From the NCBI GenBank assembly GCA_036172245.1, contig JAYWIR010000005.1:2418001-2482000 (forward strand): 64,000 nt of DNA. Reading direction: 5' to 3'. Below the pieces are notes generated by a model. The model was not told the origin of the DNA, ran no database searches, and saw only the letters and a program-made list of their open reading frames with translations. The translations under genes and the position numbers were made by a program. The first letter of the stretch is position 1. Every line of letters begins with the position of its first letter. This stretch comes from Raillietiella orientalis (taxonomy: Eukaryota). Shown in pieces: positions 23,940 to 37,501 of the stretch.

Positions 23940-26900
23940 TGCCGATAATCTGCTCCCGCCGTCGTCTGCGCATCTCCGTTTGGAACGTGAACGGCATGAC
24001 AGACGCCGGCAGGAGACGAGACATGGCCGCCATTTTAGGATCGTCCGACCTTGTGCTGCTGCAGGAGATCCATGTGATCTCTGCACAACAAGCGCAGGAG
24101 ATAGAACGCATCTACGGAGGGCGGCTGTGGTATCGGTGTGGAACATCGAGAAGCTGTTTTGTCGCCTACCTGCTACGGCCCGCCATCGACGCCGCCGCCC
24201 GTGGAGTTCGGTTCGACGATCACGGTCGTGTCGGCCAGCTGACTCTCAGCTGGTCCGACTCGATCGACCTGATCGTTACGAACGTTTACGCCCCGAGCGG
24301 AGCGGACCTGACGAACAGGAGGGCCAGGAAAGAATTTTTCCTTGCCCTCCATCGCGACTGCTTGACCGAGGCAGGCGTGCGGAATGCCCATCTGGTTGCA
24401 GGCGATTTTAACGTTCGTCTGAAACAGGATGGGCCGAATCACGATCGGGACCTGGTCAACAAGGTGTGCACGGCGGTGCACACTTGTAATTTGTTGGCCA
24501 GTGTACCAGGGATGGAGGACAAAATCGATCACGTGTTCCTTGACGAGCACCTGTGCACTCGTGTGGGTAGGCGCTGCAAGATGCCGTGCGAGTTCCGACC
24601 ATCGACCAATCGTGGTTGAAATCCATCCGCGCGACAGGGGCCCCCCCCCGTCAGCGTGGCGTTTGCCAGGGGACTGGCTGAAGCTCCCAGGCGCGACGGA
24701 ACATCTTCGCACGTTTATACGGAGCTCTAGGATGCAGGCACTTCAGGATTGGGACCGCTTTCAACGGTCGGTGCAGGAGTTATGCGACCAGTTCCCTCTG
24801 CACCGCCTACCTGCGGGATTTGGGGAGGGGGTACGTAACGAACGAGCCTATCTGCAGTCTCGCCGTTACGCCAGGACCCCCGACATCCGCAGGCTGGCGG
24901 AATAGAAAGCATGAGCCGAGAGGCAAGCCTGGCAGTCAGGATCGGCCACCTTGCTGGACGATCAGGGCCAGGAACATTCGACCATCGCTGAGATCCGCGG
25001 TCTGCTACGGCGTTTTTACTCCTCCTTGTACGCAAGAACGCCTCCCTAGCGGGATTTATCACGAATCCTGCTCCGAAAAGGCGCTCCTGCGATCGGGGAA
25101 GAGGAGAAAAAGTCCCTCGACAAGTCTCTTACGATGGGCGAGATCATCTCGGCCATCGGAAAGCTCAAGAGGCGAAAGGCTCCAGGGGAGGACGGCCTCT
25201 GCGCGGAGTTTCATCAAACTTTCGCGGCTGAGCTAACCCCCCTGGTACATCAACTCACCTTGCTGATACGCAAGACAGGTGACGTTCCCGCCTCGTTTGG
25301 TTCGGCAAAGGTGCGTCTTCTCCCTAAAGGAGGAGATCTGAGGAGCATGAACTAATGGCGTGCCATCACAATAGTGAATGCGGATGCCAAGTTGATAGCT
25401 AAGGTTTGGGCTGAGCGTTTTCGACGGGTTGCAAACGTCTTCATCAGCCCGGAACAGACGTATGCTGTTCCGGGGCGAAGCATGGAGGCAAACCTGTTCC
25501 ACGCTTCCACCTGGCTAGAGCTGCAACACGAAAGGGGCTTGATGCGCACCGGGAATTCCGGTGTGTCCGTCAGTCATGCGACGGAGGGTCGGATGGGGGA
25601 GGGAGCACTTGCGGTTGCTGTCCACTTGCGTAAAGCATTCCACAGTGTCGACCAGAATCTCCTGCTGGAGCTTTTGGAACGCTTGGGCTTCCCGGCCTCA
25701 TTATTGGCCTATCTGCGCTCAAGCTGGCGCGATGCGCTAATCAATGTTACTTTTAGCGGGCATACTGTTCACAGCGTGCCGGTGCGACGTGGAATCCGGC
25801 AAGGAGACAGCCTGAGCCCCTTGCTCTTCAGTACCTACTTTGAGTTGGTACTGAAAGCGTTCAGGGAAATTCTAGCGCACCTGCCACATGAATGCGCCGG
25901 AACGCCTGCGGTTTCAGCATATGCGGACGACCTCCTGCTACTGCTCCCTATGTCGACCCCGGCTTTGGCGGTCGAGAAGTTCTTCGACCTGCTGAATCGA
26001 GGAACCAAGCGTACGGTAAACAGGGCGAAGTCGTCCGTGATGCCAGTTGGTGCGGCGTAGGCAGGGCAGCAGGACTGGGTCCGTTTGGGGATTCCCACGG
26101 TGAGGTACTTCAAGTACCTTGGTGTGCCGTTGGGGGACTACTCCCCTGCAAAAGCGTGGTCCGGCTGCCTTCAAAAAGTAGAGACGGCTATCGGCCCGTT
26201 CCAAATCGGCAGGTTTTTCCTGCCTGAACGGGCCGCGGTTTGGAACACGTTCGCGGCTCCTCTCCTCCGTTTCCAGCTTTTTATTTGCCCTTTCACAGAG
26301 AGAATTAAAAAGCGGACAAAGGACTTTCTCCGTATCGCCCTTTGTGGCAACGGGAGGGCCCAAGTCCGCTTACAGGACTTCTGCGCTCCTCGTCGGGACG
26401 GTGGTATGGGCCTCCTGTCGCTAAAGCGGCTAAAGCTTCAGTTCCAGTTCCGATTGTCGGCACTCGTTTCAGAGTTGTGGTGAACCTGTTGCTGCGTTCC
26501 TGCACGTCTCTTTCTCCAGCAAGCCAGAGGCAAGACGGGACTGACCTCGTTTCTTGCACTCCGTCGCCGGGTCAACCGATGCGGACTCCAGCTTCGGAGG
26601 GTGGCTGCGCTGGCAAGGAAGAATCAAGGATGGATCACCTGTCTCCCCGCGAACGGTAGTGCCTGGTTGCAGGAAACCGTTCGTACGTGGGGACCGTTCG
26701 GCATGCAACCCACCCATTAGGAACGAAGGTTCCTGTTTGGGTGTTACAGAAGTTGCACGCTTCGCGAGAGCCTCGAGGATCCTAAGAAGAGTGCGTGGTC
26801 AGGAAGAACCCCCCTCGCTGCTGCGCTGGACTCCCTAGTAAAACACCAGGACAGCGATGTCGCGGCGAAGTGGGAGGTTACAATAGAAATCTCCGGGAAG

Positions 26901-27518
26901 GAGAAGAAGCAGAGAGAGTGGAAGACGGGCCAGCTAACTGATGCTGCGACCCCGAGTACGCCTCCTAATAAACTTCTGCGCTGGGGAACGCTGCTGGATG
27001 TTCCGATTGAACATCTGAAGTGGCCCCCGATTCTTATGAACACTTCCATCCTCCCCCTAAAATGGCAAGAGTCGGCATTCCTGTTGCAGCACTGGGGACT
27101 CCCCTGCAACGCCCGTCGACACCACAGGACCTGGGGAGCGGTGGATCCCAATTGTGTAAGGTGCGGGGAACGGGATTCCCTTCCCCACCTCCTAGTGGAT
27201 TGTGTTGTCCTTCGGCCCCTTTGCTTCCGCTTTGCCGCGGCCATCGGTATCCCTTGCAGCAACCCCAGATACGCACTAAAAGCCTTCTTCATTGTCGACG
27301 CCCTGCGGCCAGCGTCCTCGATAGCAGATTTGTGCTTCCTTCGTATGATCGTCGCCGCCTGGAGCACGGCGACGGGAGGACCTAGCGATCAGGACGCCAT
27401 CCAGTGCGCCTCCCAATTCCTGAGGAGGGCGTCGCAATGGCCCTAATTGGATGTTCATAACAAACAAGAGCTTGTCAGCATCCTGAGAGGGATGATGCGG
27501 CCAAGGCAGCATCAGTGA
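23939..27518 (+). pseudogene. C1 ORF2 APE-RT-CCHC, degenerate
   Basis: ORFs 23939..24619 (WNVNG, GDFN, IDH), 25374..26060 (QGDSLSP, YADD), 27036..27446. Confidence 0.9.
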
Positions 27519-27736
27519 TCCCTTCACGTTCCCTCCCACCCTTTGTTTGTTTTTGTTTAGTTTTTTTGTTTTTCCCCTTTCCCCTGCTGCCTTGGTGGAC
27601 CGTACCGGTCTAGAAACCGGTGAATTAGCAGACTCCCTGGTTCTTAGCTTCTGGCTGGAGCATTGCCACAGCCATTAATAATTTCTTTATAAAGTTTATT
27701 TTTTTAAAAAACGACCCTTAGAAATCCGGCTGAAAA

Positions 27737-29454
27737 TCGAACGCCTTGTAGAGATCGATTGCGACCGCCAACGCACCTGGCGTTCCCTCCTGCCGTCGAC
27801 GCCTGTTCTTTTTGCCTGCGGCAGTGACTTTCGCAGCAGTCTGGCTTTGCTGCGCCACAACTTCCTGCAGCTGCATCCATGTACGCGCGAAAAGGATGTT
27901 CGCCTCCATGGATCGTCCCGGAACCGCGTAGGTTAGTTCCGGGCTCACCACAGATTCCGCAATACTTCCTAACCGCGCGACCCACAGCTTGGAAAACAAC
28001 TTGACGTCCGAGTTTACCAAGGTGATCGGACACCAGTTGTTAAGTTGACGCAAGTCTCCGCCTTTCGGCAGGAGACGCACCTTCGCTGAGCGGAAGGAAT
28101 CCGGGACATTCCCGGATTCACTCATCAGCGTCGCGAGTCTCAGCATCAAGAAAATGAGCTCCACTACAAAGCACTGATAAAACTCTGCAGGGAGCTCATT
28201 CTCGTTTGGCGCCTTTCGTCACTTCAGCCAAGCGATGGCGGACGAAAATTCATCCGCCGTGAAGGGCTCGTTGAGACTTTCGCGTTCCTCCTCGCCGACA
28301 ACACGAGCATCCTGAAATAGGAGTATCTCAGAAAGAATATCCTCCGTCGGGGATTCCGCGTACAGCGAGGAGTAGTAGCGTCTCACAATGCGGCGTACTT
28401 CGGCTGGGGCCGAACATTCCTGGCCGTTGTCGTCCAACAGGCATGCTGCTCCGGACTGCCAGACCTGGCGCTCGGCCCTCGCCTTGTACTCTGCGAGACG
28501 CCCGACATCCGCGCGTCTCGAAAACGTGCGGGCCTGCAGAAAGTCTCTACTGTTGGCCACGCCCTCTCCGAAACCGCGTGGAAGCCGGTGCAAGGGGAAT
28601 TGGCAGCAGAACTCGCGGACAGATCTTTTGAGATCGTCCCAGTCCGCAAGTTCTTGAATGGCAAAGCCTCGGAGGTATCCACGTAGATGCTCCGCAGCCT
28701 CCGGTTGGCTAAGCCAATCCGCCTGCATCCTCCAGTTTTGCAACGGAGGCCCCCTGCCTGGCGGAAGGATCTCAAACTCCAACCTGTGGTGGTCAGAAAG
28801 CCTAGTCAACAATCTTCCTCTCCTACCCACACGCGAATGCAGGTTTTTATCGAGGAAAACGTGATCGAGCGATCATTTTATTCCTGGTTCGCTGACCATC
28901 ATGTTGGCAGCGTGCACGGACGCGCACATCTCGATGGGCAGCGCGCGCTCCCTCGGGCGGCTCCAATCGTAGGAGAGCAGGCGGACGTTGAAGTCCCCAG
29001 CGACGAGGTGCGCAACTTGGTAACCGGAGTTGTTGAGCCAGTGGCTCTGCACCTCACCAAAGAAAGCTACTCTTTCTTCGAGGTAGCGAGAACCACTCGG
29101 CGCGTAGACGTTCGTAACGACGAGATCGATGGACTCGGACCACTTGATGACAAGCTGGCCTATCCGTCCGTCGTCATCGAAACGAACACTACGCACCGCT
29201 TCCGCCATTTTTCCTCCTACGAGGAACGCGACGCCGCACGTGTGTGCGCCGCCGCACCGCCAATGTAGCGTTCCGCCTGCGCGCTCCTCGATTTCGGCTG
29301 CCTGCTCGTCGGAGATTACGTGAATCTCCTGCAGGGGCGCGAGGTCGAAGGGGCGCAGGGCGTTGGCTACTAACCGCCTCTTCTCGTCGTTCTGTAGTCC
29401 GTTCACGTTCCAACACGTTACGGACAGACGACGAGAAGACGCGATTCCCTGCAT
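27737..29454 (-). pseudogene. A2 ORF2 5' piece (APE, linker, RT to KAFD)
   Basis: ORFs 28873..29454 (MQGIASSRRLSVTCWNVNG), 28219..28830, 27718..28164. Confidence 0.9.
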
Positions 29455-31400
29455 TACTGCTGGGAAAGTGGCCGCTTTTTGCTCGCTTTATCCGGAGAGC
29501 AGACGGCGAACAGCACGACTGGCTGGAGGGGACGGTCGCCACCGTGTTCTGTCGTGCTGCATGCATGTAATGCCTCCACGCCAGGCTTAACTCCGTCGGG
29601 TTTCGTGGAGACTTCGCGTTGCTTCGCGGCGAGCGTTGCCTGGCTGCCTACTTTTGATCGGCGCGCACACGCTTTGGAACGAGTTGTCCCCGTCTCGGTG
29701 ATCGGAACGGCATCCATTTCGGAGTCCGACCGGCGCATGTTCGATCGGGTTTCGGCCTTCCGCGAAGTAGTGACAGGTTCTGCTGGATTAACAGCTGTCC
29801 TGTTGTCGTTTTCCGTCAACAGAGCATCGCTTTTGGTGACGGCTGCTTTCCCGGCACGCGGGTTTTCAGGGTGCTCACGCACAGCTGCACGAGGGACCTT
29901 TGCTGAAGTCTTCTTCACTTCATTACGGTTCCTCACTCCGCGTGGCGACGTAAATGGAGATTGTGCTCCATTGCCATCTTTGAAGCCATCCGCGTCTTTG
30001 GACGAGAGCACTTTCGATGGCTCCGGCACGCTCGTCATAGACGCTGCCTTCGGAAGGGCTTTTAATCTTTTCGTTGGCATGGCATCCGCGCCAGTCGAGA
30101 GCTTGCTCTCCGACAGCGACGGCGTGAGATTTTTCTCCGTTTTCGCGGTGTTGGATCGCGTAGCGGATTTTCTTTTGCCGACTTTCGAAGTCGACACGGC
30201 ACAACCCTTCTTACCCGACTTGGTCTTTTCACCCACTGCAGCAGGTGAAGAAATGGATCTGATGGTACTGGAAGTGTCCTTACCGCCGTTGTCCATTGGC
30301 GTCCCCGCCGGTTGCTCGAACTCCGAGAGAGCCGGGCGTGCTTGGAAAGGACAGCTATTGCGCCTAGGGGGACTTACCATTGTCCCGGATTCCCCGCACC
30401 CTTTCCTTTGCGGCTCCCCTGCCGCGAGAGGGGGCGCGCAGGGCATCGCGTGCGAGGTTTCCTGCTGCTTTAAAGCGACATTTCGCCTAGCGTTTCTACG
30501 GAATTTCTGCCGTAGGGTCTCCAGGTTTTTCGCAGATTTTTTCTTTTTATCCACGCTTTGTTTTTTGAGAAGGAGCTGCGAGGCTGCCTTTTTTCGCAAA
30601 AGATCCGGGCAATTTTTCAATTAGTGCACGGATATTTTGCAATAACGGCATTTTCTAGAGGGGCATTCATCCAAACAATGCCCCTCCTTCCCGCATTGCT
30701 CGCACGTTCTTACTTTGCCCACGAACCACAGGTGAACGACCGTGTCTTTCACATGTAGTTTCGTGGGCAGCAGACGGCGGTCCGGCATTGTAAGCCGGAC
30801 TTCAGCGACTCCGCTGTGTATGGACGGGAAGTTCTTGAGCTTGCTACGCACCCACCAGAGCGCATGGACCGTGGCGAATTTCGCCAACAAGTTCCGAATA
30901 TCAATATTTGAGATTTGCGACTCGATGTCGAAAATTTCCGCCACAAATGAGTCGTCCATAGCGGCCGCGAAGACCTTCTTGCCACGGATCGACAACGGGG
31001 TACGCAGCAAGCGTTGCACAAGTGCAGCGTCTTTGAAACGCACCTTGAAATAGTTCATATCTTTCACGGTCGTAATGACGAGGAGGTCCTCCTCTCGCAC
31101 GCCAACACGGGTCAGTTCATCTTTGAACTGATTCCCGTCGCGCGCAGAAAGAATTCCACTCACCTTATATCGGAGAGCAGGTCTATAGCCTTGGGCTACG
31201 TATGCCCGCAACTCTGACTCGTCGAGTGGTTTCCCTTTGACGGCTGCTGTGGCAGCAACGTCAGCAAAACTCCTCTCCATTGGCGAGAAAGACGAAGTGG
31301 AGGCGGCCGTCGGTTCCGCGATTGCAGATCCGGATGCTGTTCCTCCAACTTCAGTATCTTCATGTTGGGTCGATATCGTCGTCAAAATGTACGACGCCAA
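29454..31400 (-). pseudogene. A2 ORF1, gag-like (about 648 aa) with a single in-frame TAA in the second knuckle
   Basis: 30621..31400 and 29454..30620 are contiguous in frame; CEQCGKEGHCLDEC, CRYCKISVH*LKNC. Confidence 0.87.
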
Positions 31401-31454
31401 GATGGAGCGGATGAAAGCACGGAGACGAGAGCGAAGAAAAACACGTCCGCACCC

Positions 31455-33679
31455 GATTGAAATCTACCGCTATCAGGTGAGCTTTTCGCACATTGGTATC
31501 CGCCAGCCAGTCGCGCTTCAGGGATTCCAGCAGCCTGGTGCGGTCGCGGTAACCCTGTTTGCCGCTGGGGCCATACACGTTTGTGACGATTAGGTCGATC
31601 GAGTCGGACCAGCTGAGAATCAGCTGACCGATCCGACCGTCGTCATCAAACCGCACGCCCTTTACGGCAGCGTCGATGACCGGCTTCACTTAGAAAGCGA
31701 CCCTGCAGGTGTTGCGGAGACCGCATCGCCAATACAACCGACCCCCCACGATCGTCTCGATCTCCTGGACATCTGCCGCGGTGATCACGGGGATCTCCTG
31801 CAGCAGGGCCAGGTCGAACTAACGCAGGGTGTCGGCGGTATCTCGCCTGTTACCGTCGTCGCGCAGCCCGTTGACGTTCCAACAGGCGGCGCGAATCCGA
31901 CGGCGACTGGCGTGCCCAGGTGTTACTCCTGGGAAGATGGCGATGCGGCGTCCGCCACCTGTTGCGGCGGGACGCTAGGTGGAGGAGGAGGGTCAGGCGC
32001 TGCGTGAACCTGGTCCCCCTCCTCCATGGGCAACGGCGCGTCGAGCGGGTCACCCTCAGGTGGGGTCGCGCCTACCTGTTGGCCCTCCTCCATGGGGGCA
32101 GGCTGTTCAGGCTCGGCGACTGCAGGGAGGACTTCGCCCCCCTGCTCACCCTCCTCCATGAAGGTGGCCGGCTCGACGGCTTCCGAGCGTGGGAGTTCCC
32201 CCTCCGGGATTCCCACGCAACCGCTACCTTCCTGCTTCTCCTCCTCGCTGGTGGAAGGGAGGCGCCTCCTGGGTTTCTGGGACTTGCGTCCCGACTTCCT
32301 GGGGGGTGCCTCCGAGGAGGAGGACGCACTTCCATCCCCCAGGTTCAACTCACTCGTGAGGGCTTTTTTCGCGAAAGCCGGTCTTCGCACGGCCTTGCGC
32401 GAGGGGTTCTCACGCTCGGCCAGCGTGGCCGGGAGCTCCGCCGCCGCCTGAGCGAACGCGGCGTCCTCGGCTCCGACCGTCTCTATTTCGCGCGGCTCAC
32501 CCTCTGTGTAAACAGAGGGTTCGCCGTCGTGAACCTCGGGCGCGGCGGAAATGGCGAGGGAAGGCTCGTCGCCCCGGGTGGCAATCTCGGGGACGGCTAT
32601 GCGCTCCAGTGCCACCGTGCATTCCCGCATGGTCTTGGAGCGCGGCCCAGGTTTTTTCGCCTTGCCGGCTGTCTTTTTTACAGCTTTCGCGGGTTCCGCA
32701 GGAGGCACCTTTTTCTTCTTTCTGGGCTTGACCAGCTGCCAGCCGTCTTGGACTCCCGCGTCTTCGGAAGGTTTTTCTTCCGACGCCTGTGTGGGAGGAA
32801 CTTGGGTTAGCGGCTGCTGCCGGCCAGTATCTCTTTTTGGACTTTCGACCAATTTTCCGCGTTTTGCCTGCGCTTTCTTTGCAGCAGGCGGCACCGGAGT
32901 GGGGCATTTAGGGCATACGCGGCGCACGTGGCCCTTCTCCCCGCATAAGTGGCACACAATGTTCGGGCACCGCTTGCTCAAGTGTCGTACTGCATTGCAG
33001 TAGCCACAAAAGCGGGGTTTCCCCACGTACCAGAGGTCTACGACTTCGCCATTGACCTCTAGTTTGTGGGGAAGCCCACTCTTCTTCACCGTCACGCGCG
33101 CGGCGGCCTGCCCTCCGGAAAGGGTATTGTAGCCATCAAAGATTGTGGCCTTTGGCCATTGCGCGTGAACATCGCCATATTTTCTTAACTGATCACCAAC
33201 CGCAGACCGCGTCATGCGGCTGGTGATCCCTGTCAGATGGACGACTACGGAGCGGTCCATCGTGACTGGTAGGATCTTGCGTCCGTACACGTTCAGCGGG
33301 GTGGTAATCAAGCTTTGCGCCAAGGTGATGTCCTTGCAGACAACCTCGACGCGCTGTCCCCCGCTGAGCACGGCTAGACCGTCAAGATCCTTTTCTAACA
33401 CGTTGGCGTTCTGCAGCGCCCTGGAAAAGCGCGTGCAGTTCGCCCGTCGAAGAGATTGCCTACCCGGTACACCAAGCTGTGCTTGTACCCAGCTGTCCGG
33501 TAGGCCTCCATCTGGGCCATGGTTTCCGCGCTCGGCGCGGCCACCATGGCGCGCTAGCTCCTCGCCTTGAGCGGTGAGGGCGATTCCGGGACGGACGCCC
33601 CTGATTCTGTAGGCTGTGGGGATGGGCAAGCCTCCCTTACACCTACCTCCATCGTGGTGTCCTCAGACATCGCTGCCAT
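31455..33679 (-). pseudogene. B1 ORF1 (33679-31923) and APE N-half (31923-31455)
   Basis: ORF 31923..33629 with CGYCNAVRHLSKRC, CHLCGEKGHVRRVC; near-identical to B2 ORF1; APE ends HLIAVDFN. Confidence 0.9.
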
Positions 33680-33770
33680 CGGACACCAACGGTGTTCCAC
33701 ACGAACACACACAAAGAAAAAACCGCTTCCTGTCGACTCACTCGGGAGCGAAGTAAAAACACGTCCACTC

Positions 33771-36101
33771 GCCAAGGGAGTCGGCATGGGGCTCGCAACG
33801 AACGCGCGTATTTGCACGCGCGTCGTCACGAGAGGAACCCCAATGTCCGTCACCTGGCCGAATACCGCGCCACAGCCGAGCGACAAGCCTGGCAATCCGG
33901 GTCAGCCAGTATGCTGGATGATTTGGGCCGGGAACGTTCGTCCATGTCTGCGGTACGGAATTTCGTGCGGTGTTTTTATTCCTCCCTTTACGCCAAAACA
34001 CCACCCGAACAAGACGCCTCGCGGCGATTTCTCATTAGTGGTTCCGTGGCTATAGGGGAGGAGGAGACAGAAAGCCTCGATGATTCTTTCACGACCGGTG
34101 AAATTGTCGCCGGTATCAAAAGGATCAAGAGGCGTAAGGCGCCAGGGGAGGACGGTTTGCCCGGGAGTTCTTTCAGAGTTTCGCGGAAGAGCTGGACCCC
34201 CTGGTGCTCGAGTTGACAAGGCGAATCCGGGACAAAGGCGATGTTCCCGCCTCGTTTCCGTCAGCCAGGGTGAGGCTCCTCCCGAAGGGAGGAGACCTCA
34301 GGAAACTTTGCAACTGGCGTCCGATCACGATTGTGAACACGGACGCAAAGTTGATTGCCGGACTGTGGGCTTCGCGATTGGGGCAGGTGTCCAATTCCAT
34401 AATTAGCCCGGAGCAGACTTACGCTGTTCCCGGGCGAAGTATGGAGGACAACCTCTTCTTCGCGAGCACATGGATGCACGCGCAGCGGAGTAATAAAGAA
34501 GGGAAAGAAAAAATTTGCAACCCTACTTTGGGGCCGCCAGTGGGACAGGGAAGGGACCCTCATGCGGAAAAGGGGGCCTAAGCGATCGCAGTCGACCTCC
34601 ATAAGGCATTCGACTGTGTTGACCAGGAACTCCTCTTGGAGCTCCTGGGTCGCATGGGCTTCCCACCCTCCTTGATTACCCACCTGCGCTTTTGCTGGCG
34701 GAACGCGATAATCTCAATTACTTTCAGTGGACAAAAGGTGTATGGCGTGCCGGTGCGGCGGGGCATAAGGCAGGGCGACAGCCTCAGCCCCCTGCTTTTT
34801 AGCACCTACGCTGAGTTGGTGCTGAAAGCGTACAGGGTGACTTTGGCCCCCTTGCCGAGCTCGTGCCCCGGCACGCCAACCGTAGCGGGGTATGCCGACG
34901 ATCTTCTGCTCCTTTTACCTATGTCGACCCCGACGAAGGCGTTTGGAGATTTCTTCGACCTGCTTAGCCGTGGGGCCGGATTGCAGGTCAACAGGGCGAA
35001 GTCGTCAGTGTTGCCAGTTGGAGCGACGTGGGCAGGGCAGGAGGACTGGTTCCGTCTGGGTATCCCCACGGTGAGGTGCATCAAGTACCTCGGTGTTCCG
35101 TTGGGGGACTTCTCCCCTGCGGAAGCGTGGTCCAGCTGCCTCCAGAAAGTCGAGACGGCGATCGGCCCGTTCCTGGAAGGCAAGTTTCACTTGCCGGAAC
35201 GGGCCGCGGTTTGGAACGCCTTCGCGGCCCCCATCCTCCGCCCCTTGCTTTTTGTTTGCTTCGCCCCCGTGGAATCAAAAAAGCGGAGTAAGGACCTTCT
35301 CCGCATAGCTCTTTGGGGCAAGGGGAGGCCCCGAGTGCCTTGAAGGACTTGTGCGCTCCGCGTCGGGACGGCGGTCTCAGCATCCTGACGCTGGAGCGGG
35401 TGGAAATCCAGCTGCGATGGCGGACCCTCGCCATCGCAGCGAAGATGTGGAGCACCGCTTGTTGCATTCCGGCCCGCCTCTTGGCCAGGCGTGTGTCCCG
35501 CTGCGAAGGACTCGCATCGTTTCTTCTGTGCGCTGGCCGTAAGATTCGAAGATGCGGTCTACTACTCGGCCGCATGGCAACCCTAGCGAAGGAGAACGAC
35601 TGGATGCTTTGTTGCACCGCAAACTCCTCCGCTTGAATGGAGGAGACTGCTAGCACCAGGGCCAAGCAGAACCATAGGTGCGAAGACCCGATGAACTGCC
35701 TGCGAGTCGGCTTTTACGCCCGCCGAACTCTTCGTGTAATTATTGAATTTCCACCGAGTTGCACTTGGGCGGAAGGGAAACTCCTTGTTACTGCGATGCC
35801 CTTCCACCGATGGGCGCTTCACGGAAGCCGGAAGCCAAGGTGGCAAGTCTGCTGCCGTATCGCAGGCAGATAGAAGATGATGAGCGGCATGACTATGGGA
35901 GAGTTGACAGATGCGACGACCCTTGGTCTCCAGCCGCGTGGATGAAGAAGATGGGGCGAGCTTTTTGGCATTCGATTGGGTGATCTGAAGTGGCCATCGG
36001 TTCTACTTGTATCCAGGAGTCTTCCTCTGAATTGGCAAGAATCGCCGCTCCTGTGCCTGCATTAGAGTCTTCTATGCAACGCGCCTTGCTTCCACTGGAC
36101 G
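33771..36101 (+). mobile_element. Right segment of the element hosting B1 (probably the F1 continuation): linker and RT, truncated before the CCHC finger
   Basis: Resumes at G-ARNERAYL, the position where F1 stopped; ORFs 34204..34581, 34636..35343 (YADD). Confidence 0.8.
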
Positions 36102-37501
36102 CAGATAAGACGCGCGGGAAAAGAAAAATTTTAAAACCGGCAAATTGGACTAGAAAATCTGCCAATAACCGAAGCTTCAAGCGCGCCTACGGAGAAAAAG
36201 CTTATCGAAACCGCAGAAAGAGAACTGGGCTGGCAGCTAGACAGAGCCAAAAAAGAGAAAAAAAACACGCATGTCCTGAAGAAAGGAGAGAAGGCGGAAA
36301 CCGGAACAAAAGCTAAGTCCGTGCCGCGCGTAAAAACACTCAAGGAATGCACGGATACGCTGGAACGCATTGACGTGCCCGCCGACACCACCGGAGGCGA
36401 TACGGCTTCAATCGATATTCCCACCGCGACTGTTGCGCGCGAAAAACCACCCCCTGCTTGCGAAGAGTGTCAGCCGGGCGACAAACTCGCCGAAACCGAG
36501 GATGCAGCCTTCGAGAAGACCGCGGAGGAGCTTGCGTTTACGCTTGCCGTACGCGAAAACCCTTCGCGGAAGGGGCTACGTAGGCCGGCAGCGGCTAAAA
36601 TAGCCCCCGCAGTTGAGTCGCACCGGGAGGCCGGAAGTGCATTCTTCTCTGCGGAAGCACCACCAAGGAAAGCGAGGCGAAAATCCGAGAAACCTAGAAC
36701 GTGCATTCCGCCTCCGCGCGAGGGGGATGCAATGGACGAGGAACCAGTGGATATCGACGTGGGAGCCCTAGTCGGGGATCACTCACGTGCGGAAGCCGAC
36801 GAGGAGGTGATTCCAATGGATAAGGGTAATCAGGCTACAGCAATGCCCCCTGAAACCGCCGATCCTGAAACACCCGCACCAATGGATGTGGGCCAACAGG
36901 TACGAGCAACACTTGCTTCGCACGAGCATTCGGAGACGTTGGCACGTAAGAAGGATGAAGAGTTGGTGGGCAAGACGCCAACCCCGTCCCACGACTTGCC
37001 CCCAAAAGTGACGGGAGAACCACCGCCAGGTTCCCAGGAATAACACCTGCACTCGCCTGTCTCCGTCGGATCCGCGTGGCCTGTTGGAATGTCAACGGGC
37101 TGCGCGACGACGGAAACAGACGGGACAGAGCCGCCACCTTGCGAGATTTCGACCTGATGCTTTTGCAGGAGATCCAAATGATCACGCAAAAGATGCCCAA
37201 GAGTTCGAAACGATCGCGGAAGCGGTTGTACTGGCGATGCGGCGCATGCGACACCTGTGGGGTCGCGTTCTTTCTAAAGCCAGCCATTCACGCGGCCGTG
37301 AAGGGCGTGAGCTTCGATGACGATGGACGGGTGAGTCAGCTGATTATCAGCTGGTCCGAATTGATCGAACTGATCGTCACGAATGTGTACGCCACCAGCA
37401 GAAAACAGGGATACAGCGCCCGCAACAGGTTGCTGGAATTGCTGAAGCTCGACTGGCTGGCGGACACGAACGTGCGGAAAGCTCACCTAATAGCGGGAGA
37501 C
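36102..37501 (+). mobile_element. Retrotransposon F2, 5'-truncated (ORF1 C-half, APE to HLIAGD)
   Basis: Homologous to 8920-10270; ORFs 36321..37043, 37076..37504. Confidence 0.85.

Larger units (their letters stand above)
22124..27736 (+). mobile_element. Full-length retrotransposon C1, inserted antisense into the A2 RT at KAFD
   Basis: 5' GAGGGGACGTG, ORF1, TAATG at 23937-23941, ORF2, 3' UTR; imperfect flanks TCGAAAGCTTT (22113-22123) and TCGAACGCCTT (27737-27747). Confidence 0.88.
19940..31454 (-). mobile_element. Full-length retrotransposon A2, inserted in sense into the B1 APE (DFN) and itself split by C1
   Basis: Perfect 9-bp TSD GATTGAAAT at 19931-19939 and 31455-31463; 5' GGGTGCGGACGTG; 3' CCGGGTGATAA; pieces 31454-27737 and 22108-19940. 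Confidence 0.93.
10687..33770 (-). mobile_element. Full-length retrotransposon B1 in three pieces (33770-31455, 19939-18944, 13046-10687), split by nested A2 (containing C1) and D
   Basis: The three pieces join colinearly against B2 (54706-60352); 5' AGTGGACGTG and 3' GGGTGATAA termini; TSDs at both internal breaks. Confidence 0.9.

Noticed and set aside
29479..30624. Long antisense ORFs (also 9000..10499, 14044..14988, 49738..50634, 55964..56998, 60320..61222)
   Set aside because: Shadow frames of GC-rich, low-complexity ORF1 regions; no recognisable domains or consistent starts across copies
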